Source: an uncultured Gammaproteobacteria bacterium (GTDB taxonomy: Bacteria > Patescibacteriota > Microgenomatia > Levybacterales > UBA12049). Taken from it: DNA of 64,000 nt. A program made the translations under genes and the position numbers. Positions 52,980 through 61,182 of this stretch are shown here, one piece after another; within the stretch, counting starts at the first letter, position 1; every line of letters starts with the position of its first letter. The notes beneath the pieces were generated by a model that worked only from the letters and a program-made list of their open reading frames with translations, was not told where the DNA came from and made no database searches. The stretch lies in the NCBI GenBank assembly GCA_964521295.1, contig CAZFRF010000001.1, forward strand, positions 71,751-135,750, written 5' to 3'.

Positions 52980-54182
52980 ATGAGACTTAGATACAAAGCT
53001 TCAACACCAGATGGGAAATTATCACAAGGTCTTTTAGACGCAAAAGGAATAGAAGAAGCGGCGGTTTATCTGCGTAGTAAAAATTTAATGCCAATTCAAA
53101 TCTTGCGAGTAGATGCAAGTTTAGGATCACAGCTCCCATTATTTAATAAAGTAAAAACTCAAGATTTAATTTTGTTTACAAGACAAATGTCATCAATGCT
53201 CGCATCAGGCCTAACCCTTTTAAAAGCGCTAGAAATTTTAAAAGAACAAATTCAAAATCCTGCTATGCAAGAAATAGTTACATCAGTAATCAATGATGTT
53301 TCAGAAGGTAAAACTTTTTCTCAAGCAATTTCTCGTCATCCTAAGGTATTTTCAGATATTTATGTCTCTATTATTAAAGCGGGTGAATCGTCAGGTTTGC
53401 TTGATAAAGTTTTATTAAGGCTTGCAGATAATTTAGAAAAACAAGCAAAACTTAAATCAACGGTTAAATCTGCTCTTACGTATCCTGCTATCGTTGTCAT
53501 TTTAATGGTAGTAGTTATGTTGGTTATGATTACATTTGTTATCCCTCAATTAACTGTTTTATATACTAATCTCGATGTTCCCCTACCTCTTCCTACAAAA
53601 ATAATGGTTGGAATAGCCAATTTTTTAACAGTTTTCTGGCCAATAGTTTTAATTGTAATTTTTGTAACAATTTATGCTTTACGTAGATGGTCTAAAACAG
53701 TAAGTGGAAAATTAATTCTTGACGATTTAATTTTAAAAACGCCCGTTTTTGGTAAATTAATTAAAGAAACAACTATTGCAGAGTTTTCTAGGACTTTTGG
53801 TTTACTCGTTGGAACAGGTACGCTTGTTGTTCAGGCACTGAACGAGACGGCTGCAACTGCTGGCAATGTGCATTATAAGAATGCAATTATTGGTGTGGGT
53901 CAACAGGTAGAAAAAGGAGTAACCGTTGGATCGGCTATGTCAACCTATTCCCTTTTCCCTCCGCTATTAGTTCAGCTTGTTAAGATTGGTGAGCAGACAG
54001 GTAAAATGGATGAAACGCTGCAAAAGGCATCGGAATATTTCGAAAGAGAAGTTGATCAAATTGTTAAAACCTTAACAACTGCAATGGAGCCATTTATCAT
54101 GATAATCTTGGGTATTGGGGTTGCATTTTTAATTATTTCTGTTATTACTCCAATTTACACATTAATTTCGAGTATACAGTAA
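52980..54182 (+). CDS. pilC: Type IV pilus platform protein (PilC/GspF)
   Basis: FTRQ, GESSG.LD, ALTYP, GEQTGKMD, MEP. Confidence 0.95.
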   Translation: MRLRYKASTPDGKLSQGLLDAKGIEEAAVYLRSKNLMPIQILRVDASLGSQLPLFNKVKTQDLILFTRQMSSMLASGLTLLKALEILKEQIQNPAMQEIVTSVINDVSEGKTFSQAISRHPKVFSDIYVSIIKAGESSGLLDKVLLRLADNLEKQAKLKSTVKSALTYPAIVVILMVVVMLVMITFVIPQLTVLYTNLDVPLPLPTKIMVGIANFLTVFWPIVLIVIFVTIYALRRWSKTVSGKLILDDLILKTPVFGKLIKETTIAEFSRTFGLLVGTGTLVVQALNETAATAGNVHYKNAIIGVGQQVEKGVTVGSAMSTYSLFPPLLVQLVKIGEQTGKMDETLQKASEYFEREVDQIVKTLTTAMEPFIMIILGIGVAFLIISVITPIYTLISSIQ

Positions 54183-54315
54183 ATTTAGCTTCAAAATGCC
54201 GCACCTATCCCGTCAAGACAAGGAATAGAAGCGTGCATCTTTGATTTAGTTTGTTCTTAATTAAATGATGTCGTCTTAACAATCTAAAGTACCAAAATTA
54301 GCTTCGTTTTTAAAT

Positions 54316-54344
54316 TTGATTTTTATGTAAAAATTTGTTAAATT
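54316..54344 (+). promoter_or_regulatory. Putative sigma70 promoter for the IS cargo RNA
   Basis: TTGATT-17-TAAATT with extended -10 TG. Confidence 0.5.
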
Positions 54345-54350
54345 TATTGT

Positions 54351-54551
54351 TGAACTGGCAAATGTAAAAATCGTTTGCTAAGAAGCCTTGACTTGTTGAA
54401 GGGATTACTTTCCCAAAGTTCAAGGGTTACTTCCAGAAGGAAGTCCCTTCAAACAGTTAAGACTTCAAAGAAAGTAATACCAATTAATTGATTTAATTCG
54501 TAAGTATAAATAGTAAGTGATTGGAGATTGCCAGCGAGGCAATCTTTTTTT
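54351..54551 (+). ncRNA. Putative structured RNA or attenuator leader
   Basis: Long interrupted stem 54382-54466 with a branched top, pseudoknot-capable TTACTTTC/GAAAGTAA, ends in an intrinsic terminator. Confidence 0.55.
54525..54551 (+). terminator. Intrinsic terminator
   Basis: AGATTGCC-AGCGA-GGCAATCT followed by T6. Confidence 0.8.
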
Positions 54552-54637
54552 GTGGAAAATGTATAAGAATTAAAGAATTGCTAAGTATAATTGTTTAGAA
54601 CATTTAAAATTTACGGTTTTTAATGGGAAAGTTTGAA

Positions 54638-54864
54638 AGGCCTTGCCTTCCTTAGTATTGGTTTGAAATCTGTTTTTAAGGATTTGCGGATGAAAAACGC
54701 AAGATTGGAGGAAGCAAAAATGCTATATGTAGTATTATGCGAGGCTTGCTTAAAACAAAAAGCGACCCAACTTTATGTTGAATCGCTTTGCCCGCTTCAC
54801 AGCGGAATTGTAAAAGTATAAATCGCTAACGCAAATTAGCGTGGAAAGGCCTTTCGGCTTTTCC
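54638..54864 (+). ncRNA. Putative multi-hairpin structured RNA domain
   Basis: Nested stems, four consecutive hairpins and a loop pseudoknot TTTTAAG/CTTAAAA; G-U pairs favour the + strand. Confidence 0.5.
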
Positions 54865-54904
54865 TTTTGAAATCGTAATTTAAGTTTAGATTAGTAAGTT
54901 GGCG

Positions 54905-54992
54905 GGAGGTATCCGCCTATTGGTACAGGCAACAGTTTTATAAACTGTGGTTGCTATAATGGCAAATGCGAAATCGTACTTCGCTGCCTCCG
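54905..54992 (+). tRNA. Atypical tRNA-like gene, anticodon UAU, long variable arm (Ser-type body)
   Basis: Acceptor GGAGGTA/TGCCTCC, D GCCT/AGGC, anticodon ACAGT-TT[TAT]AA-ACTGT, variable TTGCTA/TGGCAA, T GCGAA-ATCGTAC-TTCGC, discriminator G. Confidence 0.7.
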
Positions 54993-55297
54993 CAGAGCTT
55001 ACTAGTCTAGATTTAGATTATGATTTTTAAAGAACTTTAATTGAGGCAGTTTCTTAAAGGATTGCAATAATACTACTTTTAGCCTCAAAAGTCAACGAAC
55101 ATTGTGTTGCTATTAACTTAAGTTACTACCTCTTCTAGTAGGTTGTCAAGCTTTTTTTCTACAACCTTTTTGTATCAAAAACTGTCAAAAATAAAGGTAA
55201 ATTTAGCCTCAAATCGTGCCTAGCTATGCATGAGATGCGTGCTCCACTCAAGCATAGCGATTTGCAAGGCAAATGTCAAGATGTTATAATTTTTAAT

Positions 55298-55420
55298 GTG
55301 AAGCGAAAAAAATTCATAACCACCAAAGATAAGACTTTTAAGGACTGGTTATCTGCTGGTGGTCGTAAAGATTCTAAAAAAGATTTCCTTACCTTATTAA
55401 AACGGGCTGTATCTGTTTAA
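55298..55420 (+). CDS. Small basic ORF (40 aa) convergent with and overlapping the transposase 3' end
   Basis: TTGCAA-17-TATAAT (extended TG) 7 nt before the GTG; MKRKKF...DFLTLLKRAVSV. Confidence 0.55.
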   Translation: MKRKKFITTKDKTFKDWLSAGGRKDSKKDFLTLLKRAVSV

Positions 55421-56291
55421 CTTCAGCTACTTGTTTAAGTAATACCTCAAACATCATTCCGCCTAAGTTTCTATTGTTATATCTAAATGCAAACTCATCA
55501 ACATAAGCTTGTAGGTATTTCTTGCTGACTACTCTATAAACTCCCTTAACTCCCCTTTTAAAGTGAGACCAGACATTTTCTATATTATTGTTGTATACCT
55601 CTCCTCTTGCGTATTCCCCCGCTGAATGAGTAACGCTATCGTGTTTATCGTAACCAAACTCTTTTAAGTATTTATATACACTTAATTCATCTGACATTAT
55701 GTGAGCTGTAGGACTAATGTTTTGTTTTATTTGCTGTACTAAAGTCCATTTATCAGTGTTAGGTATGTGTTTAAGATATGCCTTACCACCTCTTTCAACT
55801 GCACCCCAAACTATTTCCTTAGGTATTAAATTAAAGTGAGGTTTAGTTGCCCTATTGTTTCCTTTACCACCAACAAATGTCTCATCTACTTCTACGATAC
55901 CTTGAAGCATATCTCCACCGTCTTGAGCCATAAGTAGTCTAATCTGTTTAAACATACGCCAAGCGGTCTTGTAGGTCACTCCAAGCATTCTTTCTAGTTG
56001 TTTGGCAGAAATACCAGCTCTTGTCTGAATCATTAAGTACATGGCAAAAAACCATAAGTCTAATGGGGTTGTTGTTTTCTCAAAAATAGTACCTGCTAAA
56101 GGATAAATTTGGAAACCACAGAACTTACAAGCATATGATGTTCTATTAGTTACGGGGTAGAAAACTGATAGCTTTTTACATTTTTCACAATTCATTTCAG
56201 AGGGATATTTGAGGTTTTTAATAGCCTCAAGACATTTTTGATGTGTACCATATTTATATTTGAACTGACGGAGGCTAAATTTGTTTTCCAT
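55389..56291 (-). CDS. IS1595-family (ISXO2-like) DDE transposase
   Basis: Zn ribbon CEKC/CKFC, GTIFE, ISAKQL HTH, VEVDETFVGG, MSDE, NNIENVWSHFKR, YVDEFAFRYN. Confidence 0.96.
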   Translation of the reverse strand: MENKFSLRQFKYKYGTHQKCLEAIKNLKYPSEMNCEKCKKLSVFYPVTNRTSYACKFCGFQIYPLAGTIFEKTTTPLDLWFFAMYLMIQTRAGISAKQLERMLGVTYKTAWRMFKQIRLLMAQDGGDMLQGIVEVDETFVGGKGNNRATKPHFNLIPKEIVWGAVERGGKAYLKHIPNTDKWTLVQQIKQNISPTAHIMSDELSVYKYLKEFGYDKHDSVTHSAGEYARGEVYNNNIENVWSHFKRGVKGVYRVVSKKYLQAYVDEFAFRYNNRNLGGMMFEVLLKQVAEVKQIQPVLIR

Positions 56292-56389
56292 AGCCTCATT
56301 ATATACCTATTATTACTTGTTGTCAAGGGATAAGTGCCCAAAATGCCCTCTTGACAAGCCTAAAATTATATGAGTATTATAATGTTGTA

Positions 56390-56905
56390 ATGAAAAAATA
56401 CCTGTCCAGTCTAAAACTAAACTCCGGTTTTACCCTCATTGAACTTTTAGTCGTTATCGGAATCTTAGGAGTCTTGGCAGCAGCCTTAATTGCAACCATT
56501 GATCCATTCGAACAGCTTAAAAAATCTCAAGATGCTAATGTTAAAAATACTCTCGTAGAGTTTGTTGATGCAAATGTTAGGTATTATGCAACTCATAATG
56601 CTTTACCTTGGTGGGCTAATGGAGCTGCAGGTTGTTCTGGTATGGATACAAGTTCTACTCTAGCTGCAGGTAGCGCAACAAATTGTGTTAAAGCATTAAT
56701 TGATGATGGAGAGTTAAAACAATCATTTAATCAAGCGACAAGTATATTGGGCAATATAAGATACAATGGAGGAGATACATCTAATCCTGGAGTTACAGCT
56801 TGCTTTAAACCAGTTTCATTGTCACAGCAAAAAGATCCTAATACAAGGTTTGATATAAGCGGAAATACAGTTGCATCTGGTGGAACATATTGGTGCGCAC
56901 AATAA
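56390..56905 (+). CDS. Type IV pilin-like protein
   Basis: GFTLIELLVVIGILGVL N-methylation motif; four Cys; TTGACA at 56351. Confidence 0.92.
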   Translation: MKKYLSSLKLNSGFTLIELLVVIGILGVLAAALIATIDPFEQLKKSQDANVKNTLVEFVDANVRYYATHNALPWWANGAAGCSGMDTSSTLAAGSATNCVKALIDDGELKQSFNQATSILGNIRYNGGDTSNPGVTACFKPVSLSQQKDPNTRFDISGNTVASGGTYWCAQ

Positions 56906-56914
56906 CAACCTCTA

Positions 56915-58909
56915 ATGATTAAAGCTTTTCAAAAAAAGCTGCCCCAAATAATTTTTTTATTTTTGTTAATCGTGTATGTTCATAACTTGTCTAGAAGTGT
57001 TTATGGTGGAGATGTAGGTGATTTTGTTTCAGCTGCAATAGTTGGTGGTGTTCCCCACCCTTCAGGATATCCTTTTATTACATTACTAGGTTTTTTATTA
57101 ACAAGGATCAATTTCATAACACCAGCATTTATGGTTAATTTGATCTCAGCTGTTTCAGCTGCAATAGGTGGTTTTTTATTTTTTAAATTTACTTTGAAAG
57201 CTACAAATAATAGACTTATTGCAGTTATTTCCACGTTCACATTAGCGTTCAATTACTTATATTGGTTTTTTGCTGAAATAGCTGAAGTTTTTGCTCTTAA
57301 TAATCTTTTTGTAATCATTTTAATTTACTTAGGTTATCTTTTCTATTCTACGAGGAAAACAAAATATTTTTATTTACTTGCTTTTTTCGCAGGACTTTCG
57401 ATGACGAATAATTACATTATTAGTTTCACTTTTCCTGCAATTGGGATTTTGTTGTTAACAAATATTAAATTTTTTTTAAAAAAACCCAAAACAATTCTAA
57501 AAGGGATTTTGGTTAGTTTTTTAGGTTTTAGTCCAGTTTTATACATATTAATTGCTGCGCAATTTAACCCAGTAATTAACTGGGATAATACTAAGGATAT
57601 TAAAGGATTTATTGATGTTATTTTAAGGAAGCATTACGGAACATTTGGTGTTGGATTTGACGTAAATTTAATTTTAGCTGAAAAAATTAATATTCAAAAG
57701 AATTATCTATTGTATTTATTAAATCAAATAACTATTCCTGTTGCTGTAATATCTTTTTTTGGCATTTTAGAGTTATTTAAAAACAAAAAAATATTTTTGT
57801 TAGCCATTATTTTATCTTTTATTTTATCTGGACCTGTATTTATCAATTTGATTGGCATACCATACTATAGCCTCTTTCAGGCAGGTATTTATGAAAGATT
57901 TTTTAGTATGTCAGCAGTTGTTTTTCTTTTCCTGTTTCCATTTGGATTAAAATTTATTGTAAATTTGCTAAATTCTTTATTTGCAAAAAAAACATATCAA
58001 AATTTATTCTTAATTGTTTTTTTAATTATTCCCGTATTGCTTTTTAAGTATAATTTTCCAAAAACAGATCTGCACGATTTGTGGATTGGAGATAAAATTG
58101 GATATGATATTCTTTCTTTTCTTCCCAAAAATTCATATATTTTAATCACAGGTGATACTCCACTATTTAATACTTGGTACGTCCATTTTGGATTAAAATA
58201 CAGAACTGACTTAAAGCTTTTAAATTTTGTAGGAACAAATACATTTAATTTAGAAAGAGAAAAATTTCTTAAAAACAATCCTAAATTAAAAATAGAAGAT
58301 GAACTTTTTCTTCATGTTTTAAAAGATCTTAGTAAGAAAAATAATGTATTTTCGCTAACAACCTATCAATTCAAAAAAGGCGAGAAACTTAACTGGGTTC
58401 CATATGGATTGGCATATAAACTTGAGAATGGAAAAAATAATTTATCAAAAGATGAGTATATAAAGACACAAAAAAATATTTGGAATAATATGCTAGCCAT
58501 AAATGATTTAAAAAAGGATAGTTTAAGCAAAAAAAGCTTAACTATTTCTGAAATTCCATACTTTTATTCAAATAACTATCTTTATTTTGGAAATTATGTT
58601 TATGAAAAATATAAAGATCGAGACTTCGCAATTAAAACCATTCATGAAGCACTACAGATTGATAAAAACAATCATAATGCTTACATTCTTTTGTCTACTT
58701 ACTTAATTGAGGATTCAAAATGTGCTGAGGCAACAGAACAACTAAGTAAAGTTAAAGAATTGAATCCATTTGAGACAAAGTATTATTTATTAAGTTATTA
58801 TAATAATAGATTTTGTTATAAAGATAAAAAAAAGATTGACCAAATTATTAAGGAGTATTCCCAAGTGTTTAAGGGTGACTTTTTTAAAGATTTAAAAATT
58901 ATCAAATGA
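56915..58909 (+). CDS. DUF2723/TMEM260-like GT-C glycosyltransferase with C-terminal TPR
   Basis: GGDVGDF, GVPHPSGYP, AEVF, GDTPLF; multi-TM. Confidence 0.85.
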   Translation: MIKAFQKKLPQIIFLFLLIVYVHNLSRSVYGGDVGDFVSAAIVGGVPHPSGYPFITLLGFLLTRINFITPAFMVNLISAVSAAIGGFLFFKFTLKATNNRLIAVISTFTLAFNYLYWFFAEIAEVFALNNLFVIILIYLGYLFYSTRKTKYFYLLAFFAGLSMTNNYIISFTFPAIGILLLTNIKFFLKKPKTILKGILVSFLGFSPVLYILIAAQFNPVINWDNTKDIKGFIDVILRKHYGTFGVGFDVNLILAEKINIQKNYLLYLLNQITIPVAVISFFGILELFKNKKIFLLAIILSFILSGPVFINLIGIPYYSLFQAGIYERFFSMSAVVFLFLFPFGLKFIVNLLNSLFAKKTYQNLFLIVFLIIPVLLFKYNFPKTDLHDLWIGDKIGYDILSFLPKNSYILITGDTPLFNTWYVHFGLKYRTDLKLLNFVGTNTFNLEREKFLKNNPKLKIEDELFLHVLKDLSKKNNVFSLTTYQFKKGEKLNWVPYGLAYKLENGKNNLSKDEYIKTQKNIWNNMLAINDLKKDSLSKKSLTISEIPYFYSNNYLYFGNYVYEKYKDRDFAIKTIHEALQIDKNNHNAYILLSTYLIEDSKCAEATEQLSKVKELNPFETKYYLLSYYNNRFCYKDKKKIDQIIKEYSQVFKGDFFKDLKIIK

Positions 58910-59670
58910 TTAATTTATTTATTGCTTTTATAGGATTATTCCTCGGGTCTTTTATAGGGGTATTAGTTGATAGAATTCATAAGAAAGAATCATTTATTAA
59001 AGGTAGATCAAAGTGTGATAACTGTAATCATACGTTAGGTATTTTAGATTTAATTCCAGTTTTATCTTTTATTATTTCATTGGGAAAATGTCGATATTGT
59101 AAAAAACAAATCTCTTTTTATTATCCCATTATTGAATTAACGACAACAGTTATTTTTGGGGTTGTAAGCTTTTATTTTTTGGCTACTCCCCTACTACTTG
59201 GTATTTATTTGATAATTTCAAGTTTACTTATTGTAGTAATTTTCTCAGATTTTAAATATGGAGAAATACCTGATGGTATTAATTTACTTTTAATTATTTC
59301 TGCTCTAATACTTGCCTTATTAAATCAAGATCTAATAAATAATGGTTTAACTGGTTTAATAACTTTCCTGTTTTTCTTGACGATTTCATTTGGGTTTTAT
59401 TATTTAACTAAGAAAAATGGTATGGGGGGTGGAGATATTAAATACTCCTTATTTATGGGGCTTAGTTTAGGTTTTCCTTTGATTTTAGTTGGACTTTATA
59501 TAGCTTTCTTGACAGCTGCAGCGTGCTCTATCATACTAGTTATATGGAAGAAAAAGAGTATTCAAAAAACCACAATTCCCTTTGGTCCTTTCTTGGCTTC
59601 AGGCACATTTGTCGCTTTAATTTGGGGCGAAAATTTGTGGCAAATAGCCCTAAAACTTCTGGGAATTTAG
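58906..59670 (+). CDS. pilD: Prepilin peptidase
   Basis: GSF, RSKCDNC, DLIP, CRYC, GMGGGDIK, IPFGPFL. Confidence 0.95.
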   Translation: MINLFIAFIGLFLGSFIGVLVDRIHKKESFIKGRSKCDNCNHTLGILDLIPVLSFIISLGKCRYCKKQISFYYPIIELTTTVIFGVVSFYFLATPLLLGIYLIISSLLIVVIFSDFKYGEIPDGINLLLIISALILALLNQDLINNGLTGLITFLFFLTISFGFYYLTKKNGMGGGDIKYSLFMGLSLGFPLILVGLYIAFLTAAACSIILVIWKKKSIQKTTIPFGPFLASGTFVALIWGENLWQIALKLLGI

Positions 59671-60164
59671 GCTTTACTTTAATTGAGATTTTAATAGCTA
59701 TTGCTGTCTTAGGTGTAATCGTAGGAATGGTCGTTTTCTTGGTTGATCCATTAAAGCAAATTGGCAAAGCGAATGATGTAAAAAGAGAAAGTGATTTTAA
59801 GCAGCTCTCGAGCGCATTAGACACATATTATAATGACCACGCAGCGTATCCCAGTGCATTAGACGATGTTTTAAATGATCCAGAAAATGGTAATTATATT
59901 CAGGTTGTTCCTCAAGACCCAGTTAATGATCCAGGCAAGCAATATTTATATTTAACAGATGGTACAGCTAATTCACAATGGTTTGTGTTATTTGCTCAAA
60001 TGGATAGCAAGCCGCCTGATAAGGTCTTATGTCCCTTGGAAAAGCTAGACGAACTTTGTCTGCCAGCAGACTATGTTGGATCAGGATATAATTATTGTGC
60101 ATATGGCGGAGATGTCGACTGTAACTATGTGTTAGGACAAAATTTAGCTGATTTAAAGAAATGA
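59637..60164 (+). CDS. GspG-like pilin/pseudopilin
   Basis: GTG start; GFTLIEIL; KRESD, YYND, VPQDP. Confidence 0.9.
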   Translation: MANSPKTSGNLGFTLIEILIAIAVLGVIVGMVVFLVDPLKQIGKANDVKRESDFKQLSSALDTYYNDHAAYPSALDDVLNDPENGNYIQVVPQDPVNDPGKQYLYLTDGTANSQWFVLFAQMDSKPPDKVLCPLEKLDELCLPADYVGSGYNYCAYGGDVDCNYVLGQNLADLKK

Positions 60165-60724
60165 GAAATTCAAAAGGTTTTACATTAATAGAACTTCTAA
60201 TAGTTGCTGCTATATTATCAATTATGGTTCTGGTTGCTTTGGTAATAGTTGATCCAGTTGCCCAATTTGAGAAAGCAAGCGATGCAAGAAGAAAGTCAGA
60301 TTTATTGCAGCTCCAAAGAGCCATGGAAGCATTTTACGAGGATCATGGATTTTATCCTTGTAGTAGTGCAAATACTTATCGAATAATCGATTCAGGCGTT
60401 AGGGATGATCCTTGTGAAGGCGAAGGAATACCTTTTAATGGTAGTAGTTCATGGCAACCATATATGAAATTACTACCAGCAGATCCTAGATCAGAAAAAT
60501 CCTATAAATACTACTCGCCAGATGGACAAACTTATTATTTGTATGCTAGTCTAGATAGAGGAGAAAAAGATCAGAATGTTTGTAATCCAGGTTATAACGA
60601 TGCTTGTTCGAGTATAACTAGTAGTGGTTTAGATATTAAATGTAGCTCTTGGTCTGTAGGTGCTGGATATGCAAATTCAAGTGTTTGCAATTATGGCATC
60701 TCTAGTCCAAATACACACCCATGA
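60161..60724 (+). CDS. GspG-like pilin/pseudopilin
   Basis: GFTLIELL; DARRKSDL, LPADP. Confidence 0.92.
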   Translation: MRNSKGFTLIELLIVAAILSIMVLVALVIVDPVAQFEKASDARRKSDLLQLQRAMEAFYEDHGFYPCSSANTYRIIDSGVRDDPCEGEGIPFNGSSSWQPYMKLLPADPRSEKSYKYYSPDGQTYYLYASLDRGEKDQNVCNPGYNDACSSITSSGLDIKCSSWSVGAGYANSSVCNYGISSPNTHP

Positions 60725-61182
60725 GGAAATTATTAAATTATAAAGGATTTACTTTAGTAGAACTTCTAATTGTTATTGCAATTATTGGTGTTTTGTCTGC
60801 TTTACTCATGGCAAACTTTATTGGTGTTAGGCAAAGAGCTAGAGATGCGCAGAGAAAATCTGATTTAAGACAAATCCAAGCAGCCTTAGAGCTATACAGA
60901 TCTGATTTGGGTGGATATCCAGATGAGGCTGCTTTAGTATTTGGAGGGCAGTTGGCAAATACATCCGCTGGTAGCGATACGGTCTATATGCAAAAAGTTC
61001 CAACTGATCCAATAAACAGTGCGTTCCCCTACTCTTACGTAAGCGATGGTTCCAGTTATTCGTTAGTAGCTTGTTTAGAGAATGCTTCCGACTCTCAGGG
61101 CGTTGGTAAAAGTGAGCTTCCGGCGGGAATTACTGGTACGGGTTGCACAAGTGATTCTTTTATCCTTCTAGTAAATCCATGA
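60721..61182 (+). CDS. GspG-like pilin/pseudopilin
   Basis: GFTLVELL; RDAQRKSDL, VPTDP, ACLEN. Confidence 0.92.
   Translation: MRKLLNYKGFTLVELLIVIAIIGVLSALLMANFIGVRQRARDAQRKSDLRQIQAALELYRSDLGGYPDEAALVFGGQLANTSAGSDTVYMQKVPTDPINSAFPYSYVSDGSSYSLVACLENASDSQGVGKSELPAGITGTGCTSDSFILLVNP

Larger units (their letters stand above)
54200..56338 (-). mobile_element. IS1595-family insertion sequence with non-coding cargo (2139 bp)
   Basis: 8-bp direct repeat CAAAATGC at 54192-54199 and 56339-56346; imperfect 23-bp terminal inverted repeats CGCACCTATCCCGTCAAGACAAG / GGCACTTATCCCTTGACAACAAG (17/23); transposase inside. Confidence 0.93.

Noticed and set aside
54633-54821. 62-aa ORF in the IS cargo
   Set aside because: TTG start and it coincides with dense RNA helices. 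A shorter ATG 54720 ORF after GGAGG cannot be fully excluded.
54351-55030. Group I intron (IStron), T-box or c-di-GMP riboswitch
   Set aside because: No P7/J8-7 consensus, no T-box GGTGGNACC and no GEMM consensus could be found by eye.
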